DNA of 64,000 nucleotides from Vicugna vicugna. Taxonomy: Eukaryota. Of this stretch, positions 51,111 through 63,070 are shown piece by piece. Position 1 is the first letter of the stretch. Each line of letters starts with the position of its first letter. The notes under the pieces were generated by a model, which was given only the letters and a program-made list of their open reading frames with translations, was not told where the DNA came from and did not search any database. Both the position numbers and the translations under genes were made by a program. The stretch covers positions 1,054,001-1,118,000 of the forward strand of contig MU057701.1 of assembly GCA_013265495.1 (NCBI GenBank), in the 5' to 3' direction.

Positions 51111-52601
51111 GGGTTGATTAGGGTAGGCTAACTGGTATAATAGACAACCATACTTTTTTAGTGGCTTAGTGCAGTAAAAGTGTATTTTGAATATAAAGTC
51201 CATTTGGGAGGGAGGCGAGACATTGTGACACAGTCATTCAAGAACACAGGCTGATAGAAACTCCCCTGTTTTCAGTGTATGTTCCCAAGGTCTCTCTGGG
51301 CTTTTCGAGCCTCCCAGCAGGATGCTTAAGCCAGTGGTGGGTGGGCTGCTCTAAGGCCCAAGGGAATCAATATTTTAACATACCTGTATATCAGGCTTAC
51401 AAGTTGGGATACTGGTTTATGTGATTTTTAAAAATGTTTGGTTTGGGGTAATTTAGCTGTTTTATACTTGATTCTGATGCTAGAATTTTTGGCATATTGT
51501 ATAGTAGATACTTGACAAATTAGATCTGTTTAGTCCTGTTTAAAATTTGATGCATGCATACTAAATGATATTTTAGTCCAGATTTTTTTCATTTGTAAGC
51601 AACAAAATGAAATGCAAGTTGGCCTACTTAAAAAAAAGTATCAGCTCTCATAGCTAAAAGTCTGGGGGTGGGGGTAGGCAAACTTTAATACAGCTGGGTC
51701 CAGGGCCTCAAGTGTGTGTTCCATGTTACTTATTTAAGAGTTTTAGTCCTCACTTAAGTGGTTTAGGCTTTTTTATATACCAGGTGAATTTTTCTGATAT
51801 TACTGCTTTAATGAATGACACTTTAAGGTCAAGGTTGCTGGACCAAAAATTTGATCTCTTAGAGTGACTGAAATACAGTTAGGATTCTGCTGATGATAAT
51901 TATGTTATTTTATTACATTTTCGCATGGGATGACACCATGTTAACAATTGGCTCTGGTAGAGCTTCTACATACTTGCAGGTATATGCACAGACAAGTATA
52001 GTAACGCTTTTCCCTGCTCTGCTTGTCTGCAGGCAGTGAAGTGAAATCTGCAAGAATCCTGCTCGCTCAAGGCCTGCATACAGGAAAGAAGCAGGGGAAA
52101 AGCGTTACAATCAGCTTTTGTTCTACAGCATTTTAAAACATAACAGGTATGTCAGATTTTTGGTCTGTCAGCCTTGACAATGCCCCTTGAAAATGAACTG
52201 AGTATTTACTGAGGTAGTAGGTCATGTCATTGGAATGTATTTAAAATATGACTGATGAAAGTTTAAGATTTTTGTTGTGGTAAAGAAATGATCATACACT
52301 TCTATAGTGTCATTTGCCATTAGCTACTAAAGTAGATTTTTTTTACTAAAAGTTGTTACTTAGCCTGAGAGTGGCAGATATGCTACAGAATATATTAAAA
52401 ATTCTTTTTAGATTTTACTTTTGAGATTTTTACAAATATAAATTCAGTCCTGTGGATAGATTGAATTCAAAACATATTTTGTGTCTAGCCATACTCTAAA
52501 ATATTTGTGACTTTAGACTACAAAACAAAGGAAAGATTTTACATTAACTACCTGTAATTGTCAAGTTACTCATGCATTCATTTTGTTGTTGTTGTTTTTA
52601 G

Positions 52602-52735
52602 GTATATTGGAAAGTCTGATTCAGTTACAATCAGTGTATGGAATCACAAGAAGATCCATAAAAAACAAGGTGCTGGATTTCTTGGTTGTGTTCGTCTTCT
52701 TTCCAATGCCATCAACCGCCTCAAAGACACTGGTT
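52602..52735 (+). CDS. SMURF2: SMURF2 exon 4 (134 nt): YIGKSDSVTISVWNHKKIHKKQGAGFLGCVRLLSNAINRLKDTG, C2 domain
   Basis: gttgtttttag|G TAT ATT...ACT GGT T|gtgagt; contained in ORF 52558..52743. Confidence 0.98.
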
Positions 52736-53188
52736 GTGAGTAGATACTAGTGCTTTAAAAATGTTAAATATACATATTTAAATATATATGTATATGTATT
52801 TTTTGGTAGGGCAGTCAAGGGACCAAAAACATACTTCCTGTGTATGTTTGAAACATTGGTAAAAATTCCTGGTCTAAATATGTTTTGTTGACTTTTAAAA
52901 AAGAAGGAAACATTTTAAATATATGAAACTAAAACTGAATCACAGCTGATACTTAGTTTCCAGTGAATTTATACCTGCTGAGAAATGATTGATAACTAGA
53001 AAAGTAAAAGAACGTGTCAAAATACAAGTGCCTTTTTTATTTCTTAGCACTCTTGTCTGATTTTGGTGGATTTGTGGGATAAAGTGAGTTTTATTCAGGT
53101 GATTGGAGTGTTTAAGGTAGCATTAAAGGGGGATGAAATTATTAATGAATAAGAATGATATAAACTGCTGTGAAAAATGGAAAGTTAT

Positions 53189-53326
53189 GTGGGGAGAGTG
53201 TACTCTGGTAGAATTTGTGCTTAGTATGCACAAGGTCCTGGGTTTAATCCCCAGTACCTCTGTTAAGTTTTTGTTTTTGTTTTTTTTTAATTTTAATTAC
53301 TTCCCCAAAAAACCCCCCAAAATTTA
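53189..53326 (+). mobile_element. tRNA-Ala-derived SINE (Vic-1-like), diverged
   Basis: ggggagagtgtactctggtag...gcacaaggtcctgggtttaatccccagtacctc; flanking aaagttat at 53181-53188 and 53327-53334. Confidence 0.85.
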
Positions 53327-55183
53327 AAAGTTATAAAAAGGTAAGACATTATTTTGAGTGTAAGACAGCTATATTAACTACTTAACTGTAAGCTTAGTTT
53401 TTCACCAACCTAGGCAGTTAGAAGATTATACCAAGATCAAAACATTAGAAGCGATTTCTATATTGGATTAACAAGTTGACTTAACATACGTGTAATTCAT
53501 GTAACCAGGTGACAAGGCATCTTTTTGGGGGTATTTCCACTGGGACATAGATGGAAATATCTTTTTTAACAGAGATTTTGTTTTGCTGTTTCTACAGAGT
53601 TCTTTTTTACATAATATAAAAAATAGTTAGCCATTGTCATGAGATTTTAGCCCAGATGCCTGTTCTAAGCACAAATTCACAGAGAATCTTGCTAAGGAAA
53701 TTAATAAATAAAAATACATTAAATTTAGCTTGGAATGTTAGGTATATTAAGAGATGATCCCTTTTAATGTACTATGATACCACAGCCTAGTTATGAAAAT
53801 ATTACTGTTAAAAATTGAAAAGGAAAAAATTGAGCTTTGAGAAGTTCCTCTATTTCCGGATTGCCAGGGTGACCAACAGGAGATAGAAGAGATTGGAAAA
53901 GGTCTAGCATATAAAAATTAAACATTTTATTACCCAAAACAGCAGGCAGACTGAAAACTTATAGGTCACAGGTATGACTTTATTTCTGGTTCAGTTTAGC
54001 TAACATTTATTGAACCTTTATAGTACCAGGTACCATTCAAAACCTTGGTGATATAAAGGTGAAAAAGGCATAGATCCTGTCCTTTGAGAAGCAAGGACAA
54101 AGGCCTGCTGGCAAAGGGAACAAGACAGGACACATTAGAAGGACTGAACAGAAGAGGGATTGCTCTGCATAAGTCCACTGCATAGCTGTCTTAGTAGCGT
54201 TCATTTATTTTGCAAAAGTAAAAATGTCTGTTTCTGGCTGAGTGGCCAGGTGGGGCGCAGATTTTTCTTTCTGCTGTTTGTGAATGTTTCATTGCATTGG
54301 TTTATGTGACCTTTCTGATGTCCAGTAATACTTAATTTATCAAGCATCTGATGTTCTACTAGGATAGAGTAGAGAATATAGAGACTAAGACATGGTCTCC
54401 TCCTTTTATCAATTCATAATTTGTTTAAGTAGACAGATGGCATACAGCTATAAAAGAATTCAGTTACAAGTGCTGTAATGAAAGTAAACCAACATGCAGT
54501 GGGTGACATTGTTCTTTACTATAAATGGCCAGGCCAGTGTTACATCTATTTTATAGATGAGGCATGAGAGAATAAATGCGTTGCCTGTCAATGAGTTAGT
54601 ACCAAAACTGACTCAAACCCTTATGTTACAGTTTACACTTGGCTTCTTACTAGTACTTACTTTGTGTGTGGGGGTCATTTGAAATGGTTAGATTAAAAAT
54701 AACTATAACAACTAGCATTTATGTGCTACTAACTAACATTTACATGCCATGTGCTGTGCGAATAGTTTTACGTAACTGTCTGATTTAACCTGTAATATGA
54801 AGTTAAGTACCATCATTATATATGAGAAAATCAAGACTTGGGGATAAATTGCTTAAGAACAACATCTATTAAGTGGCAAGCCAAGACTTAAACTGAAGTG
54901 TTTCGAATTCTTTGGAGAGAAAGTAACTGCATGTTGCACCAGTGTCTTGGGGTTTTTGTAATTTGAATTTGTCAAAACTTTTGTTGAGATAATTGTACTA
55001 ATTATGTATTTAGTTAGAGAATTTTAAATATTTGTTTCATCTTTAAAACTCAGTTAATTCTTTAAATGATTGGTCTGACTTCCAATGGATTGTAGAAATT
55101 TACTGTCACTCTACAGATGTTAGAATCTCTGATACCAGCTGATTTTTTAATTGCCTTTTTTTGTTGTTGTTGATTTGAAATAG

Positions 55184-55249
55184 ATCAGAGGTTGGATCTA
55201 TGCAAACTTGGGCCAAATGACAATGATACAGTTAGAGGACAGATAGTAG
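55184..55249 (+). CDS. SMURF2: SMURF2 exon 5 (66 nt, phase 1-1): (Y)QRLDLCKLGPNDNDTVRGQIV(V)
   Basis: aaatag|AT CAG AGG TTG...ATA GTA G|gtaagt; phases match both neighbours. Confidence 0.97.
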
Positions 55250-57822
55250 GTAAGTGTGGAATTAATTGAAAGTTGTGTGAATTTTGGCTTCATTTAAGCT
55301 AACCTAAATTCTAAGTACCTTCCAAATCAAAGTACAATAATTGTAGCTTCATTGTATTGGCATGAATTAAATGAGTCATGTAAAATTATTCAAATAGTGG
55401 GTCCAGAATCCAGACCAGCTTAATTTTTTAAGAAAGCAAAAAACAAAACCAAAACAAAACAAGAAACCTGTAAATAATGTAAAACATAGAGGCTCCTAAT
55501 GTTAAGAACTCTTGATCCTTTAGGAGGGAATTCTTTTAAAGTGTACAGATATAGTAGAGCCCTGAGACAAACTTTAAATATGATATTAAAGTTTTCTAAA
55601 AGTAATTCTCAAACTGGTTTTTGAGAGAAAAGGAACTATTGTGTTGAACTCTTTGTTTAATGCTTTACAGTTTTAAGAAAATCTTTTTAATTGAAAAAAA
55701 TAGAATGAGGAATGGTAGTACAGCACTGATTAGAGAATAGGAAAAATTATTACCTTACTCAGAAGGCACTTAGTGGGCTGGTGGGCTATTTTGAATTGAG
55801 CTAGAAGAAGGTCTTTATAAATAAAATTTCCTGAGACTTATCTTAAGAATCGATGGATTTAGATTTGATCAAAATACGTAGTGTGGTAGGACACTGAGGG
55901 TGGCTCCTTTTGAGACTTCTTAAAGAAGAAAAATGCAATTGGAATCTTACCATTTTGTTACAGAACAGAATTTAGAATCAGATGATTGCATTATCAGCCT
56001 GTCAGAAAGGTTTTAGTTGCAGAAGGTACTTGAACGACTTAATTTTCAAGGCAGTGAATTGGGTTCATAGTTAGGGAATTGCCAGAGTAGCATCTTAACA
56101 AAAGCCTTATTACAATAAGTGGTTATCACAGGGAAGCATCTGCACTGTGTGTCTACACTGCAGTATTCTTCATAACTCCTATCTTTCTTAGATTGAAATG
56201 GGGTTAAAAACTCAAAAACAAATCCTGGCATACAAAACTTTTAAATGTAATTGTTCCTACTTTATTTGATTTGGTATGTTATGTAATGTTTGCCAACTAA
56301 CATCTGGTAGTAACGAAATAGTTTTACTAAGGTGTGAATTTGCACTTATAAAGATAGCAGACTTTCCTTTGTCAGTGGTTAGAAATACACCTATTGGAGT
56401 AGGCTACATCAAAAAATTGTTTTACTTTAAAATATGTGTGTGTGTATTTGTATTTTTTTAAAATTTAAAGCTCTTGTGTGAATTTGGTGTTCATGATGAA
56501 GGTAGGCTGGACTCAAACATTATGCTTTATGATCCTGCAGTTCTGTCATTTAAGAACAAAATTCTCACTCTTACTGAATTATACTTTTACAAGTAATTAT
56601 AAATATATGTATATAATATCTTTTTGGAAAGTGGAGAAAAGTACACTAGAACACTAACTTTAAAAATTTATATATCCCCTTCTAATTTTGTATACATGCA
56701 TAAATATTTTTTCTGATTTTTAATTACAGTAAACATAAATTTTTAAATTTTGCTTTTATTCACTTACTGTAACCACTATTAATATTTACAATTAATTTTT
56801 AAAAGGATGAATTATATCAGTATATCATAACTTAATCATTGGACTTAAAGTCATGTTTTGCTGTTATAGCTTTGAGACTTGAAAACATGTTTATACACCT
56901 AGCTTTTTTAGATTACTTTAGGAAAAATCTCCCAATTTGAGATGATTGATTCAAAGGTGGCAGATCTTTTCCTTTGTAATTAAAGTTGGTACTCAGTTCT
57001 TTCCATCTCCTTTGAGGCTTTTCTTTTGCTTTTTGTTACTATAAAAAACTGTTGTTACTATTGCTAGAATTAGGCCATTTAGAAACACAATCTCATCTAA
57101 AAATTGCTCAAGTGTTTTGTGATGTAGCAGTCTGGAGATGTACATTAAAGCTCATGAAATCCTTTAAGTTAGGAAGAAAATACAGTGTTTCTGCTGTGAT
57201 TGTATTTTGGTTTTCTATACAAAAACTGATTAATAACAGTTTTCTCATTATTCAGATTGGGGTCATCTAAACTTCAAGAATGTTAGTATTTTGTTCAAGG
57301 TCACAGTGCTAAACTAGTTGGTAGAACCTGGTTTAGAGTTCCTGTCTCTTGCTTCCAAGTTTATAGTGATAGTTTTATACTGTACTGGACAATGATGTAC
57401 TGTGTTTTAACTTACAGAATCCAAGTAATGCCCTATTGCCAGAATCTAGTGTGTGTGGGTTTTTTTTAAAAAATGGGTCAAAAATTAAACCTACATCAAT
57501 GTGAACTTTTCAGACTCCTCTGTATACAAGTATACCTTTCATGTCTTGCGCCTCCTCTTAAGTGCAGTAGTGGCCTTGTGTTGCCCCATTACGATGGGGA
57601 AAAGGGAATTAGACTGTCTTCCATGAATGTGATAAAGTGTAGAAAACCTGAACAGGAAAAATCTCATGGAAAAAGAAATTACAGAATTTAGTAGAAACTA
57701 AAGAGTTCATTGTAGAGTATTAAAATAGGCTAAGCCAGATGTCTTTTAAAGATAAATATTTTTAAATTGCAGTAATTCTTTCTAGTTCTGTGACTCTTAG
57801 TAATGTTTTTGTTGTTTAATAG

Positions 57823-57907
57823 TAAGTCTTCAGTCCAGAGACCGAATAGGCACAGGAGGACAAGTTGTGGACTGCAGTCGTTTGTTTGATAATGATTTAC
57901 CAGATGG
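57823..57907 (+). CDS. SMURF2: SMURF2 exon 6 (85 nt): SLQSRDRIGTGGQVVDCSRLFDNDLPD(G), end of C2, linker, start of WW1
   Basis: tttaatag|TA AGT CTT CAG...CCA GAT GG|gtaagc. Confidence 0.97.
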
Positions 57908-58289
57908 GTAAGCCAAAATTACTAGAGAAATATGTAGATAACATCCTTAAAATGATGAGAAATACGTTGGTGTTTACTGTGTACTTAACTTTAGAAATTT
58001 GCTGATCAGTTCCAGAATCTAGATTTTCCTTGTACTTAGAAAATTAGTGAGGGATTTTGTCACCACAAATTTTTAAATAAGCCATGAATTAGATATGTTA
58101 CATTTGTTTTTTAAGAATTTTGACTAAGACAAATCAAATTTTTTGACAAATACAGCTCTCCTGTAAATATTATGTATTTAAAAGAAAAACTTTTTTGTTT
58201 GATTAAGTTATTCAAAACAGGGTCTGTAGGTGCTGAATCTGACATACTGCTCTGTTTAGAGGGATGGGATAGAGAATTTGTGTAATAGC

Positions 58290-58800
58290 AGTTATAACAT
58301 AGTAACATTTATTGTAATGCATGTGTCAGTGTTTTAAGCACTTTATATCATTTATCATTACATGATATACATTTTATCATTTAATTCTTATAACATGTGA
58401 TTATGGAATTAGACCATCTGGTTCTGATCCTACTCTTCTGCTTACTAGCTTTATGAATTTAGTCAGTTTATTTGACTTCTGTAAACTTTGGTTTACACTT
58501 ATTTATAAAAAAGGATGATTCTAATAGTACGTATACCACAAGTAGTTGTGAGGATTAAATGAAAGCATTCAGGTAAAGCACATAGCGCAATGTCTTGCAT
58601 ATAGTAAGTGCTTAATAAATAATTATCTACTATTACTACTGCTGCTACTACTATTATTACCCTCATGCAGTTCACAGATTTAAAAAACTGGAGACTCAGA
58701 GAAGTTAAGTGTTTTGCCAAAGATCACATGGAAATGACAAAGCTGAAACGCAGATTTAAGCCTTGATCTTGATTCCAAAGTTTATGCTTTTTATCACTGC
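58290..58800. mobile_element. Nested MIR SINEs in opposite orientations
   Basis: gttgtgaggattaaatga...tagtaagtgcttaataaat inside aactggagactcagagaagttaagtgttttgccaaagatcaca. Confidence 0.7.
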
Positions 58801-59374
58801 TCTCTGTCTTTGTTTGATACTAGTTCTGAAACCTTACTGATTTTACTCTTAACTTTCTAAGTATTCAGAATTAACTTCAGTGAGGTATAGTTTGCATACA
58901 ATAAGTTATATCCATTTAAAGTGCATAGTCAGTTGAGTTTTGACTGGAATTATTTTTGACATGAAATTTCACATCCAGTCTGTGCTATTGGCTTATTTTG
59001 CGTAAACTGTTAAAAATTGCTACAAGTTAAGTCTGTTTATAGATCACTTTAGCTGTATATATCTTAATTTTTATGGATGCAAGTTACTTTTGAAGGGGAA
59101 GTTTAGGATGAAATAATCAATATTGAGAGATTATAACAGTGTAAAGCTTACTATTCTAAATTTGCTCTGCATAACTGTACTGTAATTGTGATCACAGTGG
59201 GAATAAAACCTTTTAGCATCTTTTTTATTTTCTATTTTTTTAGGGCCTCCAAGCCTTTGCCACTGATTTGGTGGAAATAGTAACGTTACTATAGTCATTT
59301 GCCTGTTTTTTTGGTTATATGAATTAATAAGATATTGAGGAAGAAATGGCATATTTGCTTTTTAAAAAATTAGT

Positions 59375-60135
59375 TTGATAAATAACATTGGTGAGGTTGT
59401 AGAGAAAAAAGGAACCCTTGTACACTCTATGTAGGAATATAAGTCGGTACAACTACTGTGGAAAATGGTATGGATTTGTCAAAAAGTTAAAAATATAACT
59501 ACCATATGGTCCAGCTATTCCATTTCTGAATATCTAGCCTAAGAAAACAAAAACACTAATTCAAAGAGATAAATGCGCCCCTGTGTTCATTGTAGCATTA
59601 TTATTACAGTAGATAAGATATGGAAGCAGCATTAAGTGTCCACTGATAGATGTGAATGGATAAAGAAGATGCAATGTATATATCAGCCATAAAAAAAGAA
59701 TGAAATCTTGCCGTTTGCAACAGCTTGGATTGATATAGAGGTCATTATTGCTAAGTGAAGTAAGTCAGACAGAGAAAGCCAAATACTGTATGATATCACT
59801 TACATGTGAAAAAACAAAGCAAATGAACAAACAAAAAAGACTCATAGGTTTAAAAAACTCAATTGGTTTCCTGGAGGGAGCGGGGATTGTGAAATGGATG
59901 AAATAGGTGAAGGAGATTAAGAGGTGCGAACTTTCATTCTTAAGATAAATAAGTCATGGGGATGTAATGCACAGCATAGGCAGTTTAGTCAGTATTGTAA
60001 TAACTTTGTATGACGACAGATGGTTACTAGACTTATCATTGTGATCATTTTGTAATGTATACAAATATTGATTCACTATGTTGTATACTTGAAACTAATA
60101 TAATATTGTATGTCAACTATACTTCAATACAAAAA
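59375..60135 (+). mobile_element. L1MA-type 3' end
   Basis: ttggtgaggttgtagagaaaaaaggaacccttgtacact...gctaagtgaagtaagtcagacagagaaag...tgtcaactatacttcaat. Confidence 0.9.
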
Positions 60136-60591
60136 TCTGTAACTTTTTATAGAAAATATGTAAGAGAATATAAAAATATGAAGATTAAAAGATTAGTGTG
60201 GGTATGATAAATGTTTTCAGAAGCTTTATTACTTTTCTAAAAATTACATGTGTTTTTATTTTTAGTATGGCCTTTATCTCCCTACTAATTTCTGGAGAAA
60301 TTAGTATAATTTGAGCATTTTTGACATCATTAGAAAATTCTCAGTTTGAAACTGATGGAAAATATTAGTCACACCTCAGTGTAAATATTTTAGAAGCTTC
60401 AGAATTCCAGAAGATGTATTGTACAGTTCTAAAATAAGTTGAAACAATTCCTATATTCTGTGTATTGCTTTTTCAATTTGTCCGACCTGATTCATAACAG
60501 CAGATGTCTTCTGGCTTGGTTATTGCAGTAAAAAAAAAAATTCCATATCCAGCTTCTTATTACTGCCTTATATCTCAATATTTTATTTAAG

Positions 60592-60675
60592 CTGGGAAGA
60601 AAGGCGAACTGCCTCTGGAAGAATCCAGTACCTAAACCATATAACAAGAACTACACAATGGGAACGCCCAACACG
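60592..60675 (+). CDS. SMURF2: SMURF2 exon 7 (84 nt, phase 2-2): WEERRTASGRIQYLNHITRTTQWERPT(R), WW1 core
   Basis: ttttatttaag|C TGG GAA GAA...CCA ACA CG|gtaaga; W..W..P signature of a WW domain. Confidence 0.97.
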
Positions 60676-61959
60676 GTAAGAACATACAAGTATCTTCCCA
60701 TGGTCTGTGCTGTTCACCCTGTTGAAGCCATCCCTTTCTGTTTATCTGTCAGCTTTACTGGATTTCCTTTCTTGGTTTATACTACTCTAGATCAGTAGAT
60801 CTTATAACAAATGCCATTATTATTTTTAAGAAGTGATTTTTAATAAAGATTGTTTAGCAGGTCATCCTGTTATTGTAGCTCCAGGGCCTGTGATGGTGCT
60901 CAATAAATGTTTATTAAATGAATTAAATGAATAAATTGAGAAGTCAGCTTATTTCTGGGACTCAAAAATTTTTTGAGTCCATTTTTGAATGGCTGTAACA
61001 AAATATGTATATAGAATGCACTTAGTCATGTACAGGGATGATTATATTGCGTCCAGTAAGGTCTGTGACCAAGAGAAGCAGCAGGTGACTGAGACCATAA
61101 GGAGCGACAGTTAACTTAGAGTTGGGTTAAGGGATGAACTTGCAAAGGAAAACTCTGATGGGGAATCTCTGAAGAATGTTAGGACTTAGCCAGGTAAGGG
61201 GAAGGTGATGGAAAGGGTTCAGGGTAGTGATAACGGCTGTCATTCAATTCACCAAATTGTTATATGCTGGGCACTGTGCTCAGCATTTGGGCTATAACAG
61301 TGAACAAGGCAGAAAGGCCTTTTTGGAACTTAATGTAAAAGACATGTGGATGCAACATTAGTTTTGGAAACTTGAAGTGCTTTTTAAGTAACTGAAAATG
61401 AATAGGATAAGTGGCTGAATTTTTTTTTTTCTTTTTTAATGAGAAAAGTTTATTTGCGACTTCTGCTCTGTGTTTGTTTTGCTCCCTCCACTTTTTTTTT
61501 TCCTGAGTAGTACCGACACTAGACATAGAACATCAAATGCTTCTCATTAGCTATACCTACTTTTATTTATTAGGGATTAATTGGTTAACTCATTGAATCA
61601 CAGAGTTGGTTATATTTTGATTCTCAGGTAAAACTTAGCTTATGTTGCCATTTTCAGGAATGTTTGTTTGAGATTTGATTTCTGTAATTAAACTGCCAAG
61701 GATTATATTGAAGTCAAAGAACCTATTTTTGGCATATCTGAGCATAAATAAATGTATACTTGTGTAAGTGTTTTATTTTGTGAAGTCCATTTCCTTCTAA
61801 TTCATTTAACTGATAAAATTGACTTTAATTTCCACATGTGTAAAGTTGATTGTGTTGTAAATCTTAATTTAAAAATTAACTCTTGATTATCCTGTTAGTT
61901 TGGATGACCTACAAGAGATTGGAAGCCCTTTGAAGAGACAAACTATCTTCTTTATTCCT

Positions 61960-62440
61960 ACATTATTTATTGACTGCTCTTAAATATGTGCCAAGCAGTA
62001 GTCTAGATGCAGGGGGTATATACGGTGGAGAATAAACTAGGCAGATTCTCTTCTTTCAACAGATATTCTAGATAGACAAAAATATAGGTACAAATAAGAA
62101 AAACATCAGAAATAATTGCTATGCTGAGAAAGTATTGTGATGTACAATCAAATGCCTTTGTGACTACTTTAGATTTGAAGGTCAGGAAGGACCTCTTAGA
62201 GTTGACATTTAAGCTTAAACTATGATTTGAATGACAACAAGAAGTCTGGCCTAGGGAAAATAGGAGGGAAAAAATCATTCTAGGTGGAAGGAAGAGTTAC
62301 TCTCCAGCATGAAAGGTAGAGTGCCTATGGAAAGCTCAAGGAGCAGGAAGATTGTCGGTGTGACAGAGACAGAGTGGGAGAAGGGTGAGAACACAGGTCT
62401 GAGGTAGACTGTAGCTAAGTCAGGTGGGGCTTTGTCAGCT
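61960..62440 (-). mobile_element. L2 3' fragment
   Basis: atttattgactgctct...atgtgccaagca...ggtcaggaaggacctct...gacatttaagct. Confidence 0.7.
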
Positions 62441-62715
62441 AGTATTCATATCTACAAATATATGTGGATTTCATATAAAATAATTAAAGTCAATACAAAA
62501 TGATTTGAATACATAATCGACAACCTGCTTATCACCTGGGTTTCTTTGGGGCTTCGAGGCTTTAGGCTTGCCTTTATTCAGAGTTCTTGAAGTCATTATA
62601 TTTGTATTAATCATTCCGTTTTCTTACAAGTGATTATTATTGCAGTACATATATTGTCTAGAGAACTCTACTTTTGATACCTGAGTTAACTTTCTTCCTT
62701 GTTACTTTTCAATAG

Positions 62716-62918
62716 ACCGGCATCTGAATATTCTAGTCCTGGCAGACCTCTTAGCTGCTTTGTTGATGAGAACACTCCAGTTAGTGGAACAAATGGTGCA
62801 ACATGTGGACAGTCTTCAGATCCCAGACTGGCAGAGAGGAGAGTCAGGTCACAACGACATAGGAATTACATGAGCAGGACACATTTACATACTCCTCCAG
62901 ATCTACCGGAAGGCTATG
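62716..62918 (+). CDS. SMURF2: SMURF2 exon 8 (203 nt): PASEYSSPGRPLSCFVDENTPVSG...RRVRSQRHRNYMSRTHLHTPPDLPEGY, WW1-WW2 linker and start of WW2
   Basis: ttttcaatag|A CCG GCA TCT...GGC TAT G|gtacga; contained in ORF 62699..62965. The gene continues beyond the window. Confidence 0.98.
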
Positions 62919-63070
62919 GTACGATAACTAGCAGAGGGAAAATAAAATGTGGTTTATGGGTTTAAGCTTGCTAATAAGAAAGCCAGAAAATAACCTTTTA
63001 AATAAGTTATTAATCTGGGTTTAGAGATTCAGCATGAAAATAAAAGTAAATGTAAAACCCCCCAACTTTG

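Noticed and set aside
52001..52108. Confident pre-miRNA or snoRNA call for the hairpin
   Set aside because: The 37-nt loop region is only weakly paired, I see no convincing C/D or H/ACA layout, and I recognise no family. Kept as a structural finding only.
681..62278. Most 60-110 aa ORFs in the supplied track as genes
   Set aside because: They fall in repeats or low-complexity intron, often use non-ATG starts and resemble no protein. Only 52558 and 62699 (SMURF2 exons), 24230, 24855 and 22710 (ERV remnants) and L1 ORF2 debris near 7327 have an explanation.
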